From contig CBDBOV010000004.1 of NCBI GenBank assembly GCA_965208575.1, positions 992,001-1,056,000 of the forward strand: a stretch of 64,000 nucleotides of DNA. The letters are read 5' to 3'. Below the pieces are notes generated by a model. That model was not told where the DNA came from, ran no database searches, and saw nothing but the letters and a program-made list of their open reading frames with translations. Of the stretch, positions 38,544-49,458 are shown piece after piece. Both the position numbers and the translations under genes were made by a program. The DNA is from Spirochaetia bacterium (GTDB taxonomy: Bacteria > Spirochaetota > Spirochaetia > SZUA-6 > Bin103). Positions within the stretch are counted from its first letter, which is position 1. The number at the start of each line of letters is the position of its first letter.

Positions 38544-39713
38544 GTGACCGAGTTCATCGTCAAGTACGGCGAGATCTCTCTCAAGGGAGCCAATCGTCTT
38601 GCGTTCGAACAGCGGCTGATGCGCAACATCGCGCGCCGGCTGCCGCGCAAGGCGGCGCGCGTGCGGCGTACGTGGGGCCGGGTGTTCCTGGCCGTGGAAG
38701 ACGCCCTCGCCGACGAGGCGGCGCGCGGCCTGGCCGCGACCTTCGGGGTGGTGTCCTATGCTCGGGTGGCGCGCTTCGAGAAGAGCGAGGCATCGTTCCC
38801 GCGCGCCGCCGACTTTATCGCCCGAGAGCTGGCTACCAGCGGCGGGGGGCAGCGCAGCTTCAAGGTGGAAGCGAGCCGCGAGGACAAGCGGTTCGGCCTG
38901 AACTCGTACGACATCGCCTGCCTGCTCGGCGACCTGCTGCGCGCCCGGCTCCCCGACTTCACGGTCGACGTGCGCCGGCCCGACGCGACCGTGCGCGTCG
39001 AAGTGCGCGACCACATCTACGCATACGCGGACCAGCACCGCGGTCCCGGCGGGCTGCCGGTCGGCTGCTCGGGCCGCGGCCTGCTGCTGCTGTCGGGCGG
39101 CATCGACTCGCCGGTCGCCGGCTACCTGATGGGCGGGCGCGGCCTGGCGGTGGACGCGGTGTACTTCCATGCCTACCCGTTCACCTCCGCCGAGGCGGAG
39201 CAGAAGGTGCGGCGGCTCGCCGCTGCCCTGCGCCGCTACCTGCCCAATCTCGCCCTGCACGTGGTGCCGTTCACCGACGTCCAGGTGCGCATCAAGGAGG
39301 CGGCCCGCGCCGCGGAGATCACCCTGCTGTCGCGCTGCGCCATGATGAGCATCGCCAGCGCGCTCGCCGCCCGCCACGGCCACGAGTGCCTGGTCACCGG
39401 CGAGAGCCTCGGCCAGGTGGCCAGCCAGACGGTGCCGAGCCTGCACCTCACCGGAAGCTACGCCACCCTGCCGGTACTGCGGCCGCTGATCGGCCACGCC
39501 AAGGAGGCGATCATCGCGATCGCGCAACGGATCGGCACCTTCGCGATTTCGACCCTGCCCTACCCCGACTGCTGCACGCTGTTCGCGCCGCGCCACCCGG
39601 TGATCAATCCGGTCGTGGCGGACCTGCGGCAGTCGTTCGAGCGCCTGCAGATAGAGGATGTCATGGAACGGAGCGTCGCCGGGACGGCAACACGGGACCC
39701 GATCCAGGTCTGA
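38544..39713 (+). CDS. thiI: tRNA 4-thiouridine synthase
   Basis: VKYGEISLKG.NR, THUMP domain, LLSGGIDSPVA, TGESLGQVASQT, RPLI, DCC. Confidence 0.93.
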   Translation: MTEFIVKYGEISLKGANRLAFEQRLMRNIARRLPRKAARVRRTWGRVFLAVEDALADEAARGLAATFGVVSYARVARFEKSEASFPRAADFIARELATSGGGQRSFKVEASREDKRFGLNSYDIACLLGDLLRARLPDFTVDVRRPDATVRVEVRDHIYAYADQHRGPGGLPVGCSGRGLLLLSGGIDSPVAGYLMGGRGLAVDAVYFHAYPFTSAEAEQKVRRLAAALRRYLPNLALHVVPFTDVQVRIKEAARAAEITLLSRCAMMSIASALAARHGHECLVTGESLGQVASQTVPSLHLTGSYATLPVLRPLIGHAKEAIIAIAQRIGTFAISTLPYPDCCTLFAPRHPVINPVVADLRQSFERLQIEDVMERSVAGTATRDPIQV

Positions 39714-39747
39714 CCGACGCGCCGGACGCAGCCGCCGGGCGGCCGGT

Positions 39748-40092
39748 TCAGGTCGCCGCCGCGGTCTTGGCGGGCTGGTCGGACTTGTTGGGTTTGTCGC
39801 CCCCCGAAGAGGAGGAAGAGGAGTCGGACCCGCTCCCTGTTTCGCTCTTGGGCGCCTTGTCCTTGTCCTTCTTGCCGTCGGTGTCCTTGGCGGACTCCTT
39901 CTTGCCGCGGCTGCCGTTCTTGGAGTCGGTGACGTAGAAGCCGGAGCCCTTGAAGATGATGCCGGTGCCGCCGCCGATCAGCCGGCGCACCGGCTCACCG
40001 CAAATCATGCATTCGGTCAGGGGTTCGGCGGTTATCGACTGCAGGCATTCGAACCGGTGTCCGTCCGAGCACTCATAGTCGTAGGTGGGCAT
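39748..40092 (-). CDS. FmdB-family zinc-ribbon regulatory protein
   Basis: MPTYDYEC..GHRFE, C..CG, GIIFKGSGFYVTD, K/S-rich tail. Confidence 0.9.
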   Translation of the reverse strand: MPTYDYECSDGHRFECLQSITAEPLTECMICGEPVRRLIGGGTGIIFKGSGFYVTDSKNGSRGKKESAKDTDGKKDKDKAPKSETGSGSDSSSSSSGGDKPNKSDQPAKTAAAT

Positions 40093-40249
40093 TGCACGGT
40101 CTCCAGGTAGGTTCGGATGAGGTCTCCAACTTTGTGGCCCTACTATACTTCCGGCGGACCGCCGAAAGCAACGCGCCAGGCACGCCCAGCACGCCGGCCA
40201 CGCCACCGCCGCCGCCGTGCGCAGCGCACGGCAGGAGCGCGCCCGCCGG

Positions 40250-41065
40250 TCACGGCTCGCGGATGCACACGCCGCGGGCGGCGAGCGCGCGCTTGATCTC
40301 CCGCACCGTGTAGGTGCCGAAGTGCACCATCGACGCCACCAGCGCGGCGTCGGCGTGCGCGTTCTCCAGCACCTCGTACAGGTGATCGGGGGTGCCGGCG
40401 CCGCCGGAGGCGACCACCGGAATGGTCAGCGCGTCTGCGAGCAGGCGCGTCACCGCCATCTCGTAGCCCGCCTGCACGCCATCGGTGTCGATCGCGTTGA
40501 GCACTACCTCGCCGGCGCCAAGCCGCTGCGCGCGCTGCGCCCACTCCAATGCGTCGAGCCCGGTAGCGCGGCGCATGCCGTCGATCATCACGCGGTAACC
40601 GCTCGGCATGGCGGCGTCCTTCTTGGCATCGAGGCCGAGCACGATGCACTGCGTTCCGAACGCCGCCGCCCCCTCGCTGATGATGCGCGGATTGCGTACC
40701 GCCTGCGAGTTCACCGACACCTTCTCGGCGCCGGCGAGCAGCACCGCCCGCATGTCCGCCACCGACCCGATGCCGCCGCCCACGGCAAACGGAATGAAGA
40801 TCTGTTCCGCCACCCGGCGCACCACGTCGAGCATGATCCCGCGCCGCTCGGCGGACGCGGTGATGTCGTAGAACACCAGTTCGTCGACGCCGTCACGGTA
40901 GTACTGCTGCGCCATGGCAACCGGGTCGCCCACCACCTTGTTGTCGAGAAAGCGCACCCCCTTGGTGGTCTTGCCGTCGCGCACGTCCAGGCACACGATT
41001 ACCCGCTTCGCCAGCCCGTCGCGGGCGCCGCCGGTCGCGTCCGCCGCGCTCGTCGCGCCAGTCAC
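40250..41065 (-). CDS. hisF: Imidazole glycerol phosphate synthase, cyclase subunit
   Basis: [42 protein letters not shown]. Confidence 0.95.
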   Translation of the reverse strand: MTGATSAADATGGARDGLAKRVIVCLDVRDGKTTKGVRFLDNKVVGDPVAMAQQYYRDGVDELVFYDITASAERRGIMLDVVRRVAEQIFIPFAVGGGIGSVADMRAVLLAGAEKVSVNSQAVRNPRIISEGAAAFGTQCIVLGLDAKKDAAMPSGYRVMIDGMRRATGLDALEWAQRAQRLGAGEVVLNAIDTDGVQAGYEMAVTRLLADALTIPVVASGGAGTPDHLYEVLENAHADAALVASMVHFGTYTVREIKRALAARGVCIREP

Positions 41066-41066
41066 G

Positions 41067-41690
41067 TCAGGGATTCCAGGACAGAAAATTGTCCAGCAGC
41101 CGCAGTCCCCAGTGTCCCGACTTCTCGGCGTGGAACTGGGTAGCGACGATGTTGCCGGCGGCGACGATGGCGGTGAATTCCCGCCCGTACCAGGTTGCTC
41201 CGACGGTGGCCTCGCGGGCGGCCGGCATGACGCTGAAGGAGTGCACGAAGTAGAAACGGGCGCCGTCCGCGATGCCCGCCACCACCGGGTGGGCGCGGCG
41301 CTGCCGCACCACGTTCCAGCCCATGTGCGGCACCTTGCGACCGGGCGCCGGGAGCAGCCGCGTCACCCGGCCCGGTAGCAGGCCCAGACATTCGGTCGGT
41401 CCTTCCTCGGAGGAGTCGAACACCACCTGGCAGCCGACGCAGATTCCCAGCATCGGCCGGCCGGCCCGGTGTACTTCGCGCAGCGCCTCATCCAGCCCGC
41501 GGCTGCGCAACACCGCCATCGCCGCATCGGCGCCGCCGACGCCCGGGAATATCACCCGCCGTGCGCGGCGCACGCGTTCCGGATCGCCGCTGGTCACCGC
41601 GCCGGCGCCGAGGTGGGACACCGCGAGTTCCACGCTGCGCAGGTTTCCCGCCTCGTAGTCGACGATCAACAGTTCGTCACTGCTCTGCAT
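41067..41690 (-). CDS. hisH: Imidazole glycerol phosphate synthase, glutaminase subunit
   Basis: [39 protein letters not shown]. Confidence 0.95.
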   Translation of the reverse strand: MQSSDELLIVDYEAGNLRSVELAVSHLGAGAVTSGDPERVRRARRVIFPGVGGADAAMAVLRSRGLDEALREVHRAGRPMLGICVGCQVVFDSSEEGPTECLGLLPGRVTRLLPAPGRKVPHMGWNVVRQRRAHPVVAGIADGARFYFVHSFSVMPAAREATVGATWYGREFTAIVAAGNIVATQFHAEKSGHWGLRLLDNFLSWNP

Positions 41691-42642
41691 CGCCGCCTCC
41701 TGCCTCCTCGTCGCCGAGCATCGCTCCCAACAGCCGCACCATGACCGGACGCGGAATCCGCAAGCCGCGGAAGTCGATGGTGCCCTGTTCCGTGGCCGAC
41801 ACCTCGACCCCGCGCAGCCGCGCCGCGGAGAGCAGGTCGAACTGCCGCAGGAGGGTCACCACCAGCAACCGGGTCAGGGCCACGAACGGCTCCGAGTCGT
41901 CGGCTTCCACCGCGAGCCCCCCCACCAGCGCCACCTCGTCGCCGGCGCTCTCCGGCACGCGCCCGGCCAGCCAGGCCGCCCGCGTGGGCACGCGCGCAGC
42001 CGCCGGGCCGATCGAGGGATCGTACTGTTCGGCCAGGGCGACGGTGTCGGTCAGGTAGGCGAACAGGTGTTCCCCCCTGCGATCGGACGCCGCCGGGTGA
42101 ATCTCCAACGGCGCTCCTTCCAGCGCAATGCGAATCATCTCCCGCACCTCCGGGTCGGAAGGGTCGGCCACGTCGACCAGGTACGGATCGACCCAGAACA
42201 TGAAGATCAGGTCCGGGAACACCAGGATGCCGAACCCGGTAATCGGGTTGCTCCAGTAGTGGCGTACGCCGCTGTCATCCACGGTCTGAAAGGCGAAATC
42301 GCTCAGGTGCAGTTGCCAGCCCATCAGTTGTGCGGGATAGCGGCCCGCGGGCACCAGCGCCAGCGTCGCCCCCCGCTCGTCCGGGCGCAGGGCCAGGACC
42401 AGGCGATCGGTGGAGGCGGACAACGTCTCCGCGTCGGTTTCCACTCCCCGCGGCAACAGCGCGTTCACGTCGAATTGCGCAAACAGGTCGTCGAGCAGCG
42501 GATGGCGCACGGTAACCACGAGCTGTGCATCGGCCGGGGCCGGCCCCACCGCATCGTGCGCCGGGCGCGCCGCCGGCCCGGAGGCGCAGCCGACCGCCAG
42601 CAGGGTGAGCGCCGCGGCGCAGAACTTGCGCCCCCGGCGCAC
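41677..42642 (-). CDS. Hypothetical lipoprotein
   Basis: Lipobox LLAVGC; coding-like codon bias; stop overlaps the hisH start. Confidence 0.7.
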   Translation of the reverse strand: MRRGRKFCAAALTLLAVGCASGPAARPAHDAVGPAPADAQLVVTVRHPLLDDLFAQFDVNALLPRGVETDAETLSASTDRLVLALRPDERGATLALVPAGRYPAQLMGWQLHLSDFAFQTVDDSGVRHYWSNPITGFGILVFPDLIFMFWVDPYLVDVADPSDPEVREMIRIALEGAPLEIHPAASDRRGEHLFAYLTDTVALAEQYDPSIGPAAARVPTRAAWLAGRVPESAGDEVALVGGLAVEADDSEPFVALTRLLVVTLLRQFDLLSAARLRGVEVSATEQGTIDFRGLRIPRPVMVRLLGAMLGDEEAGGGDAEQ

Positions 42643-42948
42643 CGGCCGGATCCGGGAGCGGCGCGCCGCCGGGACTGCCGCGCCGCGCGGTGCGTACGCG
42701 CCCCGCCACGTGCGGACGGCGCGCCTGAGCGCAGCGCCGAGCAGCCCCTGCCGGGCCCGCGTGCGCCGCCGGGCACGCGCTTCGCCACGGTCGATCCTGG
42801 TGCGAGAAGCAGTGATGCGGATTGACTGATTACGAATGATGGCCGTAAAGTACCGCTACTTGCCGCGCGTTGGAAGCGTCCGTTGGAAGCGTACGCCGCC
42901 ATGAGTGGCCCCGAGGAGGCGCTGCCGCGCCGATTCATTTCTCCACCT

Positions 42949-44133
42949 ATGAGCCCTACTTTGAGATCCAACTCGCCGGTTTCGCAGCCGTGGCAGCATC
43001 CGAATTCGGTCGGCCTGGTGGAGCCGCACGACTTCCGGTTCGCCGAACCGCCCGACCGGATGACGCTGGAGAGCGGGCGGACCCTCGGCCCCGTCAACCT
43101 GCGTTACGAGACGTACGGCGAATTGAACGCCGCCCGCGACAACGCGGTGCTGGTGTTCCACGCCACGTCGGCCAGCCACCACGCGGCCGGCTACCACGCG
43201 CCCGACGACCGCCGCCCCGGCTGGTGGGATCCGATGATCGGCCCCGGCAAGGCGTTCGATACCGACCGGTACCACGTGGTGTGCTCCAACTTCATCGGCG
43301 GCTGTCACGGCAGCACCGGGCCGGCGTCGCTCGATCCCGCAACCGGCAAGCCGTACGGGCTGCAGTTCCCGGTCATCACCATCGGCGACATGGTCACCGC
43401 GCAGCGGGAACTGGTGCGCCACCTCGGCCTGGAGCAGATCTACTGCGTCGCCGGCGGTTCGATGGGCGGCATGCAGGCGCTGGAGTGGGCGGTACGCTTT
43501 CCGGAGATGGTGCAGTCGGCGATCATTCTCGCTTCCACCGCCACCATTTCCGCCCAGGGCATCGCCTTCCACGCCATCGGACGCAACGCGATCACCACCG
43601 ATCCGAGCTGGCACGCCGGCGACTACTACGGGCGCGACCATCCCCGGCGCGGCCTGGCCACGGCGCGCATGGTAGGCCACCTCACCTATCTGTCCGACGA
43701 ATCGCTCGGCAAGCGCTTCGGCCGCAAGCTGCAGGAACGGGACCAGTTCGAATACGGCTTCTCGCACGAGTTCGAGGTGGAAAGCTATCTCGACTACAAG
43801 GGGCGCCAGTTCGCCGACCAGTTCGATGCCAACGCCTACCTGTACATCACCAAGGCGATGGACTACTACGACCTGAACGGTCGCCCCGGCGGGCTTGCCG
43901 CCGCCTTCGGCCCAAGCCGCGCCAAGTTCCTGCTGGTCTCGTTCACCTCCGACTGGCTGTATCCGTCGCGCCAGTCGAAGGCGATCGTCAGCGCCCTCAC
44001 CAAGGCCGGCAACGACGTCTCCTACGTCGAAATCGACAGCCCGCACGGCCACGACTCGTTCCTGATAGAAACCGAGCGCCAGACGCGCATCATCGATTCG
44101 TTCCTGGCCGGCGTGAGGCAGCGCCCGCAATGA
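42949..44133 (+). CDS. metX: Homoserine O-acetyltransferase
   Basis: YETYGELN, GWWDPMIGPG, GGSMGGMQ nucleophile elbow, FDANAYL, SDWLYP, HGHDSFL; start uncertain (42883-42949). Confidence 0.93.
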   Translation: MSPTLRSNSPVSQPWQHPNSVGLVEPHDFRFAEPPDRMTLESGRTLGPVNLRYETYGELNAARDNAVLVFHATSASHHAAGYHAPDDRRPGWWDPMIGPGKAFDTDRYHVVCSNFIGGCHGSTGPASLDPATGKPYGLQFPVITIGDMVTAQRELVRHLGLEQIYCVAGGSMGGMQALEWAVRFPEMVQSAIILASTATISAQGIAFHAIGRNAITTDPSWHAGDYYGRDHPRRGLATARMVGHLTYLSDESLGKRFGRKLQERDQFEYGFSHEFEVESYLDYKGRQFADQFDANAYLYITKAMDYYDLNGRPGGLAAAFGPSRAKFLLVSFTSDWLYPSRQSKAIVSALTKAGNDVSYVEIDSPHGHDSFLIETERQTRIIDSFLAGVRQRPQ

Positions 44134-44840
44134 GCACCCCGCGGTCGGCGCGGCCAGCCAGGCGGGACCAGTCGGCACAGCCAGCCCAGCCGGGCAAATC
44201 GGGCCTGCCGGGCAAGTCAGTGCTGCAGGGCAAGTCAGTGCTGCCGCACATCGACTACGACGAGATCGTCAAGCTGGTGCCGCACGGCAGCAACGTCCTG
44301 GACCTGGGTTGCGGCGACGGCGAGCTGCTGCACCGCCTGATCGCCGCCAAGCAGGTGCGCGGGCGCGGCGTCGACATCGAGGAGTCGATGATCATCGAGA
44401 GCATCTCGCGCGGCATCTCGGTGTTCCAGGGCGACCTGGACGAGGGGCTGCGCGACTACGCAACCGGCAGCTACGAGTACGTCATCCTCAATCAGACGCT
44501 GCAGGCGACGCACCGCCCGCTGCTGGTCCTGGAGGAGATGCTGCGCGTCGGCCGGCACGCCATCGTGTCGTTCCCGAACTTCGGATACTTTCGCGTGCGC
44601 CTGCAATTCCTGTTCAGCGGGAGGATGCCGGTCACGCGCGACCTGCCGTACATGTGGTACAATACCCCCAACATCCACCTGTGTACGCGCAAGGACTTCC
44701 TCGACTACTGCACCGACAAGGGCGTTGCCATTCTCAAGGAGATCGCGATATCGAAGCGCGGCACCATCAGCCCGCTGTTCGCCAACTGGCGCGCCACCGA
44801 GGTGTTGTTCGTGCTGTCCGGCACCGGGGCGCGAAGCTGA
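44130..44840 (+). CDS. metW: Methionine biosynthesis protein MetW
   Basis: VLDLGCGDG, LNQTLQ, SFPNFG, GRMP, WYNTPNIH; coupled to metX. Confidence 0.92.
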   Translation: MSTPRSARPARRDQSAQPAQPGKSGLPGKSVLQGKSVLPHIDYDEIVKLVPHGSNVLDLGCGDGELLHRLIAAKQVRGRGVDIEESMIIESISRGISVFQGDLDEGLRDYATGSYEYVILNQTLQATHRPLLVLEEMLRVGRHAIVSFPNFGYFRVRLQFLFSGRMPVTRDLPYMWYNTPNIHLCTRKDFLDYCTDKGVAILKEIAISKRGTISPLFANWRATEVLFVLSGTGARS

Positions 44841-44863
44841 ACGGACTGAACGGCCCGCACGCT

Positions 44864-44893
44864 TTGACCCGCCGGCGCGCCTCTTGCTATACT
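44864..44893 (+). promoter_or_regulatory. Sigma70-type promoter of the infC operon
   Basis: TTGACC-18 bp-TATACT with an extended -10 TG. Confidence 0.6.
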
Positions 44894-45000
44894 GACTCCG
44901 GTCGGGGGAGCCGCGCAGGCGGTCCACCGGCGCAGATAAGATGAGCAATCCGGCGCGGACGAGTACCCCGCAGAGTACCGGCGCGTCCTGAGGAGGTCGA

Positions 45001-45603
45001 TTGGCCGAACGCAGACTGAGAATAAACGACATGATTCGCGTTCCGGAAGTGCGGCTCATCAGCGAAGATGGGCGGCAGGCGGGCGTGATCGCGACCGAGC
45101 AGGCCATGGAGTTGGCGCGCAACGAGGGCTTGGACCTGGTAGAGGTGTCCCCGATGGCGCGGCCGCCGGTATGCAAGATACTCGACTACGGCAAGTACAA
45201 GTTCGAACAGGAGAAGCGAATCAAGGAGTCGAAGCGCAAGCAGAAGCTTGGCAAGCTCAAGGAGATTCGCATGCAGCCCAAGATCGAGAAGCACGACCTG
45301 CAGTTCAAGGCCCGGCAGGTGCGGCAATTCCTTGAAGAGGGCAACAAGGTGAAGGTCACGATCCGGTTTCGCGGGCGTGAACTCGCCCATACCGAAATCG
45401 GGCGTGGGGTGCTTGGCCGGATCCTCGATATCCTGGCGGACTTTGCCGTACTGGAGCGCCGGCCGCAGATGGAAGGCCGGTTCATGTCGATGTTTCTCAG
45501 CCCCGGCGCAGCCGCCAAGGCGGTAGCCCGGGCAGCCGCCAACGCGGCTCCCGTGCCTCAGCCAAGAAGAGAGACGAACCGTGCCAAAAATCAAAACGCG
45601 TAA
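45001..45603 (+). CDS. infC: Translation initiation factor IF-3 (TTG start)
   Basis: [39 protein letters not shown]; GAGGAGG RBS. Confidence 0.96.
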   Translation: MAERRLRINDMIRVPEVRLISEDGRQAGVIATEQAMELARNEGLDLVEVSPMARPPVCKILDYGKYKFEQEKRIKESKRKQKLGKLKEIRMQPKIEKHDLQFKARQVRQFLEEGNKVKVTIRFRGRELAHTEIGRGVLGRILDILADFAVLERRPQMEGRFMSMFLSPGAAAKAVARAAANAAPVPQPRRETNRAKNQNA

Positions 45604-45781
45604 GAGCGCCGCGAAACGGTATTCGATCACCGGCAGCGGCAAGGTCAAGTACAAGAAGCAGGGACTGCGGCATATCCTCACCAAGAAGGGCCGCAAGCGG
45701 AAGAGGAAGCTGCGCCAGGCCGCGATCATCAGTCCCGCGGAAGCCCGGCGTGCGAAGCAACTGGTCCCGTACGCTCGGTGA
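45581..45781 (+). CDS. rpmI: 50S ribosomal protein L35
   Basis: [21 protein letters not shown]...HILTKK. Confidence 0.96.
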   Translation: MPKIKTRKSAAKRYSITGSGKVKYKKQGLRHILTKKGRKRKRKLRQAAIISPAEARRAKQLVPYAR

Positions 45782-45872
45782 GCGTATTGTTGACGGACGC
45801 CGTCGACCGCGGTTCGCGGAAGCGCGGATTCGTGCCGTCCTGAACACACTACAGCAGGAAGAGAGGTAGTCC

Positions 45873-46253
45873 ATGCCGAGAGCCGGGAGCGGGCGTCGTC
45901 ATGCCCGCCGGCGCAAGATCCTCAAGTCAGCCAAGGGCTACTGGGGGCGCCGAAGCAAGTTGTTCCGACCCGCCAAGGACGCGGTGGCGAAGGCACTCGT
46001 CTACTCCTACCGCGACCGGCGGCGGCGCAAGAGAGAGTTCCGCACGTTGTGGATCGCGCGGATTTCGGCAGCGTGCCGGGAGCGGGGCACGCGCTACTCC
46101 GAGTTCATGCATGGTCTGACGCTCGCTCAGGTGAACCTGGACCGCAAGGCGCTGTCCAACCTGGCGATTCAGGATCCGGATGCGTTCGCCGAGTTGGTGC
46201 AGGTCGCCCGGGGCGCGATTCAGGGCCGTCAGGAGACGGCGAGCACGACATGA
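45873..46253 (+). CDS. rplT: 50S ribosomal protein L20
   Basis: KILKSAKGYWG, YRDRRRRKREFRTLWIARI, LDRKALSNLA. Confidence 0.97.
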   Translation: MPRAGSGRRHARRRKILKSAKGYWGRRSKLFRPAKDAVAKALVYSYRDRRRRKREFRTLWIARISAACRERGTRYSEFMHGLTLAQVNLDRKALSNLAIQDPDAFAELVQVARGAIQGRQETASTT

Positions 46254-46720
46254 GCACGGTCGAACAGATTCACCACCTGGAGAGCCGGGTAGACCGGCTC
46301 CTGGCCATGCTGCGCGAGCTGCGGTCCGACAACGACTCGCTGCGCGGCGAGCTGGCGGCCACCGAGGAGCGCGCGGCCGAACTGGACCGCCGGTTGGCCG
46401 AGTCCGATACGGCTCGGCAGGAGGCAGACCGCAGAGGCGACGAGTTGCAGCAGCGGCTGAACGCCCTGCTCGCCGAGCAGGAGGAGATCGAGGCCACCAT
46501 CAACCGCACGCTCGCCCAACTCGGCAATCTGGAGATCGGCGCCGCCGGCGAACCGGATGGCGATGCCGGCTCCGAGGCGGAATCGGAAGCGGAACCAGCC
46601 GAGGACGATGCCGAACCGGCGCCCATGCACGACGGAGATCCCGCTGCCGATGAACCGGGCGCGGACGAACCGGAGGCCGATGCCAACAAGAGAGAGGGCG
46701 ACGATCTCGACATTTTCTGA
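46250..46720 (+). CDS. ZapB-like coiled-coil cell division protein with an acidic tail
   Basis: Coiled-coil heptads, EQEEIEATI, terminal LDIF; located between rplT and zapA. Confidence 0.7.
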   Translation: MSTVEQIHHLESRVDRLLAMLRELRSDNDSLRGELAATEERAAELDRRLAESDTARQEADRRGDELQQRLNALLAEQEEIEATINRTLAQLGNLEIGAAGEPDGDAGSEAESEAEPAEDDAEPAPMHDGDPAADEPGADEPEADANKREGDDLDIF

Positions 46721-46740
46721 GTAGCGTTGAGCTAGAGGCG

Positions 46741-47136
46741 ATGGCGGAGCATCTTACCCACGTGGAGCTGTTAGGGACCTCGTTCACTATCCGAAGCGAG
46801 GAGGATCCCGCCTATCTCAACGAGGTAATGACCTACTACCGTGAGCGGCTCGAAGCCACCGCCGCCCTGGTCTCCTGGAGCGACCCGCTCAAGGTGTCCA
46901 TTGTCGCCGCGCTCAACGTGGTCGACGAACTGTTCAAGGAGCGCATGATCAACGGAACGGCGACCGAGGAGGCGCGCAAGACCGGCGAGGTAGCCTCGCG
47001 GCTGATCGGGCAGATCGACCGGGCGCTGAATCCGCCGCAAGACGCGGCCGCACCCGCCCCCGTGCCACCCGTGGCAGGCGGCACTCCGGAGCCCGCTCCG
47101 CGGTCGGACCCGCCCGGCTCCACCGGCCCACCGTAG
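46741..47136 (+). CDS. zapA: Cell division protein ZapA
   Basis: VELLGTSFTI..EEDPAYL, DPLKVSIVAALNVVDELFK. Confidence 0.82.
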   Translation: MAEHLTHVELLGTSFTIRSEEDPAYLNEVMTYYRERLEATAALVSWSDPLKVSIVAALNVVDELFKERMINGTATEEARKTGEVASRLIGQIDRALNPPQDAAAPAPVPPVAGGTPEPAPRSDPPGSTGPP

Positions 47137-47235
47137 CTGCCACACCCGTCCAGGCGGCGCGCGAGTCGCAGCCGGGCCGTGGCAACCACAGCCGGGCTGT
47201 GGCAAGCACAGACGACGAGTAGTATCTTCTCACTC

Positions 47236-48384
47236 ATGGCAGAGAGTGACGCGTCGCATCCGCTCGCGCGCATCGCGTACATTTCGCTCCCGGAAGACTT
47301 CAACTATGAGTTCGCGGAGTTCCGGGTAGACCCGGCGGTCGCGCTGCCAATCGAGCTGGAACCCCACGTCACGTCGGTGAGCCCGGAGGACGTTACCTGG
47401 GACGCCACCATCGCCGCCATGCTCAAGGTCCTGGCCTACCATCCGCACCATGACGATGCTGCCTACTTCCGCCGCTTCATCCGCGCCGCCAAGCCGACCG
47501 TTGCCGCGGAGCTGACCGAGGCGGGCATCATCAAGGCGCACAACGGCGACTTCGCAATTGCCGAGGAACTGTTCCTGGCGCTGACCGGGCTGAATCCCGA
47601 CGACACCAGCGCCGGCCTCAACCTCGCTTTCGCATACGAGCAGCACGCGCAAGCCGTCGAGCGGACGGTCACCGAGGAGGCGGCGGAGAATGCCGACACC
47701 GCGGACGGATTGCGCCGCAGCGCGGAGCGCGCCTACTTTCGGGTGCTGGACCTCGATCCGCTGCATGCCGATACCCACATCAACCTGGCCCACTTCTACC
47801 TGGGCCAACGCCGCTACGCCGATGCGCGCCCGCATCTCGAAGTGTACGTCCGGCACGGCAAGGACGACGAGCAACGCGCCGACGCACAACGGATCCTGCG
47901 CCAGATGTCCAGTGACGGGCTGGCGGACGACAGCTTCCGGGCTGCCTACGAACTGATACGCGACGGCTCCGAGGCGGAGGGGCTGCGCAAGATCGAGCGG
48001 TTTCTCGACCTCCACCCGGATGTCTGGCAGGCGCACTTCCTGCGTGGCTGGGGCCTGCGGCGCAGCGGCGCGTTCGCGGAAGCCAAGCTTGCATTCGAGA
48101 CCGTCCTGGCGCAGGGTCGGGAGGCGGATGCCGCGGGCCTGGCGGACACCCACAACGAGCTGGCGATCTGCAACCTCGAGCTGCGCTGCTACGACGATGC
48201 GGAACGCAACCTGCGCTCGGCATTGCAACTCGACCCCGAGAACACCAAGATCATCTCCAACATGGGGATCCTCGCAATGAAACAGGGCCGCCTTGACGAC
48301 GCCCGCCGTTACTTCGCCACCATCCGCGAGTTGGATCCCAACGACCCGCTGGCGCCCAGGTATCTGCACCAGCTCGGAGCGTAG
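47236..48384 (+). CDS. Tetratricopeptide repeat protein
   Basis: Several TPR-like helices (HINLAHFYL, HFLRGWGLR, HNELAICNL, ISNMGILA). Confidence 0.85.
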   Translation: MAESDASHPLARIAYISLPEDFNYEFAEFRVDPAVALPIELEPHVTSVSPEDVTWDATIAAMLKVLAYHPHHDDAAYFRRFIRAAKPTVAAELTEAGIIKAHNGDFAIAEELFLALTGLNPDDTSAGLNLAFAYEQHAQAVERTVTEEAAENADTADGLRRSAERAYFRVLDLDPLHADTHINLAHFYLGQRRYADARPHLEVYVRHGKDDEQRADAQRILRQMSSDGLADDSFRAAYELIRDGSEAEGLRKIERFLDLHPDVWQAHFLRGWGLRRSGAFAEAKLAFETVLAQGREADAAGLADTHNELAICNLELRCYDDAERNLRSALQLDPENTKIISNMGILAMKQGRLDDARRYFATIRELDPNDPLAPRYLHQLGA

Positions 48385-48390
48385 CGACCC

Positions 48391-49455
48391 GTGGTGATCG
48401 AGACCGCCCGGCAGCTCCTGGCAGCCGCACTGGCGGCGGGCCATTTCGAGGTGATGTGGTGGGGCGGCGCGGCAATCGCCGCTCTCCTCGTGGGACTGGT
48501 TGCCGGCGGCACGAGCGGCAGCACGCAGCGGCACCGGCCGGCGCGGCACGCGGCACGCGCGGCGGGCCTCACCCGCGCGGAAGCGCGGGTGTTGCATCAC
48601 CTCGCGCGCGCCGGCCACCTCCGCCAGGAGAGCGAGCTGTTCCGCGACCGCGCCCTGCTCGACGGCGTCCTGCAGCGCGGGACCGCTGCTCTGCGCGGCG
48701 CCGGTTCGGCGGACCGCGCCCGCTACCGCCACCGGCTGGCCGTGCTGCTGTCCATCAAGGCGCGGGTGGCTGCCGGCGGCGCCGCCTCGATCCGCTCGCT
48801 GTCTCCGTTCCAGGAAGGCGCGCGCATCACGCTCGCGCGGGCCACGATGCCGAGCATCGAAACCAGTCTGATCGCCGGCGTCGGCGACGAACTCGCGTGC
48901 GCCGTGCCGCAGGACCAGGCCGCACCGGCGCCGCTGCGTGCCGGCATGCAGATCATGGTCCGGCCGGCGTCGCCCGCCGGCGGCGAGGCCGGTGTCGTCG
49001 CCACCGTGCTCGGCCACGCCTGGGTGGCCGGCCGGCGCGCCCTGCTGGTCACGCGCCGCACCACGCCGGCCGCAACCGCTCGTCCGCGCGGCGGCAGGCG
49101 GCGCTGCGAGATTACCCCGCTGACGGTCGAACCTCCGCTTCCCGCGGGGCCGCGCGCGACACCACGCGGGCCGCGCGATGCGACGGTGGCGGGCACGCTG
49201 GTGTCGCTCGATGCCCAGTGGGCCGGGGTCCGCTCGGTGGCGCCGGTGGCCGCCGGCCGCCTGGTGAGACTGGTGCTTCAACTCGGCAAGGCGGTGAGGC
49301 TTCCGCTGTACGGCAAGGTGGTGCAGTCGCCGCGCCGCGGCACCGCGGGTGTGATGCTGGTGCACCTGACCGGCCTGTCGCGCAGCCGCATCGGCGACCT
49401 GTACCGCTTCGTCGACGAGTGCTGGTCCGCCGCCGGCGCCAGGCCCGGCCGCTGA
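48391..49455 (+). CDS. Hypothetical membrane-anchored protein, possibly with a degenerate PilZ domain
   Basis: N-terminal TM; C-terminal beta-rich GTLVSL...GKVV..P..HLTGLS; fills the operon gap. Confidence 0.55.
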   Translation: MVIETARQLLAAALAAGHFEVMWWGGAAIAALLVGLVAGGTSGSTQRHRPARHAARAAGLTRAEARVLHHLARAGHLRQESELFRDRALLDGVLQRGTAALRGAGSADRARYRHRLAVLLSIKARVAAGGAASIRSLSPFQEGARITLARATMPSIETSLIAGVGDELACAVPQDQAAPAPLRAGMQIMVRPASPAGGEAGVVATVLGHAWVAGRRALLVTRRTTPAATARPRGGRRRCEITPLTVEPPLPAGPRATPRGPRDATVAGTLVSLDAQWAGVRSVAPVAAGRLVRLVLQLGKAVRLPLYGKVVQSPRRGTAGVMLVHLTGLSRSRIGDLYRFVDECWSAAGARPGR

Positions 49456-49458
49456 CCC

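Noticed and set aside
42790-42948. SAM riboswitch upstream of metX
   Set aside because: No recognizable SAM-I/II core; only a short gttggaagcgt duplication.
47137-47235. 6S RNA after zapA
   Set aside because: The gap is only ~100 bp and contains the TPR promoter; too short for 6S RNA.
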